Below are positions 57,659 through 64,000 of a DNA stretch of 64,000 nucleotides, in pieces. The DNA comes from Candidatus Beckwithbacteria bacterium GW2011_GWC1_49_16. GTDB lineage: Bacteria > Patescibacteriota > Microgenomatia > UBA1400 > CG1-02-47-37. Under the pieces are notes generated by a model, which worked only from the letters and a program-made list of their open reading frames with translations, did not search any database and was not told the DNA's origin. The number at the start of each line of letters is the position of its first letter. The first letter of the stretch is position 1. Position numbers and translations under genes: made by a program. Location of the stretch: contig CP011210.1 in the NCBI GenBank assembly GCA_001029675.1, positions 645,663 to 709,662 on the forward strand, read 5' to 3'.

Positions 57659-58385
57659 GATCGGTGAGGCGGATTTTTAAAACGTCTAAAAACATCCTGA
57701 TCGAGTCGCGGACGGGGCTGACGCGGGTGGTGGGGGCGTGTTTCCAATGGACCGGCACTTCGGCCACCTGGATGCCCCGTTTTACGGCTAAATACAACAG
57801 CTCGACGTCGAAAGCACCGGTGAAGGCATGTTTTTCCGGCCGCGGCCGGTAAACTTTTAAGCGGTTGAATAACTGCCTGGCTAATTTGGTGTCAAAAAGC
57901 TTAAAGCCACACTGGGTGTCGTGGATGCCGCGGACGGCAACGATCTGGACTAAAAGATTAAAGACTTTGCCCATCAAGTGGCGGTACCAGGGCTCCTGCT
58001 CCCTCAACGCTCCTTTGGCTTCGCGGGAGCCGATGACCAGCTGATAGCCTTTAGAAATGAAAGGCAAGAGTTTTTCTACTTCGCTTATGGGAGTGGCCTG
58101 GTCAAAGTCGGAGATCAACACCCAAGGATTTTTGGCGGCGGCAACGCCGCTGGCAACGGCGGCGGCCTTGCCCTGGTGGGGATTTTGGATAAAAGAAAAT
58201 TGGGGTTTGTCTTTAATCCAGGCGCTGATAGCGGCGGTTAAGCCGTCTCTCGAGCCGTCGTCGACTAAAATAACCTCCCAGCCGGGGTGGGATTTTATAT
58301 AGTCTACCACCGGCTTTAAACTCCCTGCTTTGAAGTTATCCAGTTCGTTGTAGGCGGGAATGACGATAGACAGCTTGTGGCTCAT
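57627..58385 (-). CDS. GT2 Dpm1/GtrB-like polyprenyl-phosphate glycosyltransferase.
   Basis: It has the LSIVIPAYNE, ILVDDGSRDG and DFDQATP motifs. Confidence 0.8.
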   Translation of the reverse strand: MSHKLSIVIPAYNELDNFKAGSLKPVVDYIKSHPGWEVILVDDGSRDGLTAAISAWIKDKPQFSFIQNPHQGKAAAVASGVAAAKNPWVLISDFDQATPISEVEKLLPFISKGYQLVIGSREAKGALREQEPWYRHLMGKVFNLLVQIVAVRGIHDTQCGFKLFDTKLARQLFNRLKVYRPRPEKHAFTGAFDVELLYLAVKRGIQVAEVPVHWKHAPTTRVSPVRDSIRMFLDVLKIRLTDLAGGYRQHEA

Positions 58386-59828
58386 AACCTTTGTATTTTA
58401 TAGACAAAGTCACCGGTAGTTAAGCGCTCAGCGGCAATTACCTCTGCCGGCTTTAGGGATTGAATTTCCCAAGTGGGGTTGGTTAATAAATCTTTTTGTT
58501 CGTAGGGCGAGACGACATAGAGAACTTGAGCTTCGGGGTATTGGTCAAAGTCAAGCAAATTGACCCCGGTGACTTCCAGAAAATAGCGGTAGTTTGAGGC
58601 CCGGTAGTCGCGAGTGTCGTCAAGAAGCGCCACATTGACCTGGGTATGACCGTTAGCTTTAATATCTTCAAGGATAAACCCTGAAGTTTGCTTGACGTTT
58701 TTGAGGTTGCCCTGGTAGGCCAAAACCTCCTTGACTTGGGGCAGGTTGTACCAGAAAAAAAGCCAAGCTAAGGCCAAGGCAAAGGGAAATAATTTACCCT
58801 TGAGCCGGGCTAAAAGGAAGCCCAAGAGAATAAAAACCACCGGAAACAAGAAGCCAAGGTAGTGGGGGTAAATATTGGCGTGGTAAAAAACCAGAGCGGC
58901 GATAGACAGGACCAGCCAGCCGAAAAGCAACTTAAGGCTTAAGCTACGACCCCGATACCAAGCCCAAGCGGCTGCCAGCAGAAACAGGCGGGTGACCCAG
59001 GCGCGAACTAAACTAAAATCGCGGCCAAACCCCAAAACCATCCCGACGGCTTGTTCGGAGCGGCCGTTGAGGTCTTTAATTTTTTGAATTAGATTAACCT
59101 GGCTGTATTGGTTTTTGGTGAAAAATTCGATTAAGCCGCGGTAGTTTAAAAAGTTGTTTTTGATTTCAAACAGAATTAAGGGCAACATCAAGATTGCCAT
59201 CAGGCCGAGTGATTTTAAAAAGAATGGTCGTCGTTTTTTGTTTTTTAATAAATTCGCCCCCTGCCACAACAAGAAAGGAGCTAAGAAAACAATCATGTAG
59301 TGAAGCTGCAAGCCCAAGCCCAAAGACAGTCCGGCGAGATAGAGCCAGCGGCCGTTTTTGGTTTTTTGAGCCTGATAGAGGCCGTAAAGCAAGCCCAGGG
59401 CGGCTAAAGGCATCGGGTTGGGATTCCAGGCAGAGCGGGTTTCAGAGACGGGAATAAAAGCTAAAGCATATAACAAAGACGCCCAACGGGCAGAAAGCGG
59501 ATCAAAGAGTTTTCTGGTGACAAAGTACAAAAGCGGCACGGTAATGACGCCGATTAAGGCGGTAGCCAGAGCCGGGCCGACCGGGTCGAAGCCGGCGGCC
59601 CACAAGAAAGGCGCCATGAACCAGTAGTAAAGGGGCCCCAGGTAAAAGCCGCCGACCGAAGTGATCGGACCGATAAAAGGTAAATCCCTTTGGGAAAAAA
59701 TTCTATACATCACCAAGGCATCTCTTCCCTGGTCGCCCAAAAACTGGAGGCTGTCTGATAAATTATAGAACCTGAGAAAGGCGGCGGCGAGGGTAACGGC
59801 AATGATAAACCAATGGCGGCGCAAAAGT

Positions 59829-59836
<8 letters not shown>
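58382..59836 (-). CDS. Polytopic membrane protein, PMT_2-like GT-C. It is a paralog of 33740..35233.
   Basis: It has FLGDQGRDALVMY…FIGPITS…GPLYYWF. Confidence 0.55.
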
Positions 59837-62870
<3,034 letters not shown>

Positions 62871-62874
<4 letters not shown>

Positions 62875-64000
62875 GGCCTGCCTAAACCAAAGTAATGAAA
62901 ACCGGCGGCTTTGACTTTGGCTGGGTCGAAAAAGTTCCGGCCGTCAAAGACGTAAGGCTGACGGATTAACTTTTTAATTTTTTTGAAGTCGAGTTTGGCG
63001 TAAGCAGCCCATTCGGTAACTAAAACCAGGCCGTCAGAGCCTGAAAGCGCCTGATACGAATCGGTAAAAAACTTGACCCGGGGCAAAAGCGGCCGGGCGT
63101 TTTTTATGGCTACCGGGTCGGTGGCGCGGACGCTGGCGCCTAAACTCAACAACTTCTTGATTAAGACTACGGAGCGGGCTTGGCGCATATCGTCAGTTTC
63201 CGGCTTGAAAGAAAGTCCCAGAACAGTCAGGATTTTACCTTTAAGTCCTCCGGGAAAGGCGGCTTTGATTTTGGTCAGAAAATAGTCAACTTGGTCGGCG
63301 TTGACCATGTCTACCTGGCGTAAAAACTTAAAGTCGTAGCCTAATTTTTTGGCAAAAGCGATCAGCGCCCAAGTGTCTTTGGGGAAACAACTGCCGCCGT
63401 AGCCGAGACCGGCGTTTAAAAAACTTCTGCCCACTCTGGGGTCCAGCCCCAATCCGGAGCTGACGTCTTTGATATCGGCGCCGACCTTGTCGCACAAAAT
63501 GGCGATGGCGTTGATAAAGGAAATGCGGGTCGATAGCATAGCGTTTGAGGCATATTTGATCATTTGAGCCGATTGGGGTGAGGTGGCGACAACCGGGGCC
63601 TTAAGCTTCCGATGAAGGCGGATTAAGATGTCCCGGGCTTTTTTACTTTCGGCACCGATGACGATGCGGTCGGGCTTTAAAGCGTCGGCGACGGCAGAGC
63701 CTTCTTTTAAAAACTCGGGGTTGGCGGCAACGTCGAGCTTGACGCCGGCGTTGGCGTCCAGAATTTTGGCTACGGCTTGGGTGGTTGAGGGGGGGACGGT
63801 GCTTTTGATGACGATGACAGCGTAGTGGTCGAGGTTTTGGGCGATGGCTTTGGCGGCGGCGAAAACATACCTTGGGTCGTAGCTGCCGTCTTTCTGGGCG
63901 GGGGTGCCGACGCAGATAAAGACCACTTGAGCCTGTCTTAAAGCCTCATGGTAGCTGGTGGTAAAGCGGAGCCGAGCGCGATTTTTTTTGATTAGATCTT
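62871..64000 (-). CDS. UDP-glucose/GDP-mannose dehydrogenase-family nucleotide-sugar 6-dehydrogenase, 5' partial. The frame continues open past the window end at 64000, well beyond the track's GTG start at 63926.
   Basis: It has VVFICVGTP, VIKSTVPP, the catalytic Cys region GGSCFPKD, and the C-terminal VFDGRN. Confidence 0.8.

Overview
This 64 kb window is almost entirely coding (about 99%, 61 predicted CDSs) and reads as one giant cell-surface glycosylation island. I saw no rRNA, tRNA, CRISPR array, transposase or integrase. Gene organisation is very compact: many junctions are 4-nt ATGA/GTGA overlaps, and a co-directional minus-strand array of about 29 kb runs from about 63.9 kb down to 35.2 kb. 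This, with the expansion of GT-C membrane glycosyltransferases, is reminiscent of small-genome CPR/Patescibacteria-type bacteria, but taxonomy cannot be verified from sequence alone.

Content by class:
- Nucleotide-sugar biosynthesis:
  - a HisF/HisH-paralog pair next to a PP-loop N-acetyl-sugar amidotransferase (the WbuX/WbuY/WbuZ-type acetamidino-sugar module);
  - a DegT-family sugar aminotransferase;
  - a complete GDP-D-glycero-D-manno-heptose pathway (GmhA, HddA-like kinase, GmhB, two nucleotidyltransferases);
  - two tandem GDP-mannose 4,6-dehydratase paralogs plus an Rmd-like reductase (GDP-D-rhamnose route);
  - two further SDR epimerases and a UDP-glucose/GDP-mannose dehydrogenase-family gene.
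- Four class I SAM methyltransferases.
- Two Wzx-like flippases.
- About 8 GT4 and about 13 GT2 glycosyltransferases. Six of the GT2s are Dpm1/GtrB-like polyprenyl-phosphate-sugar synthases, one fused to a GtrA-like domain and one paired with a DUF2304-like small membrane protein.
- About 19 large polytopic membrane proteins, at least 11 of which carry the N-terminal ArnT/PMT (GT39/GT83, PMT_2-like) signature.

There is no recognisable initiating phosphoglycosyltransferase, Wzy polymerase, O-antigen ligase or STT3/PglB oligosaccharyltransferase. The locus therefore looks like a polyprenyl-phosphate-monosaccharide plus GT-C driven extracytoplasmic glycosylation system (protein O-glycosylation or a stepwise-built surface glycan) of unusual scale.

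Notable sequence-level oddities:
- a second GMD paralog with the catalytic Glu replaced by Lys;
- a GT4 gene whose conserved N-terminus lacks a canonical start codon and abuts an AT-rich heptamer repeat;
- nucleotide-identical blocks shared between GT39-like paralogs;
- divergent genes with overlapping CATG start codons.
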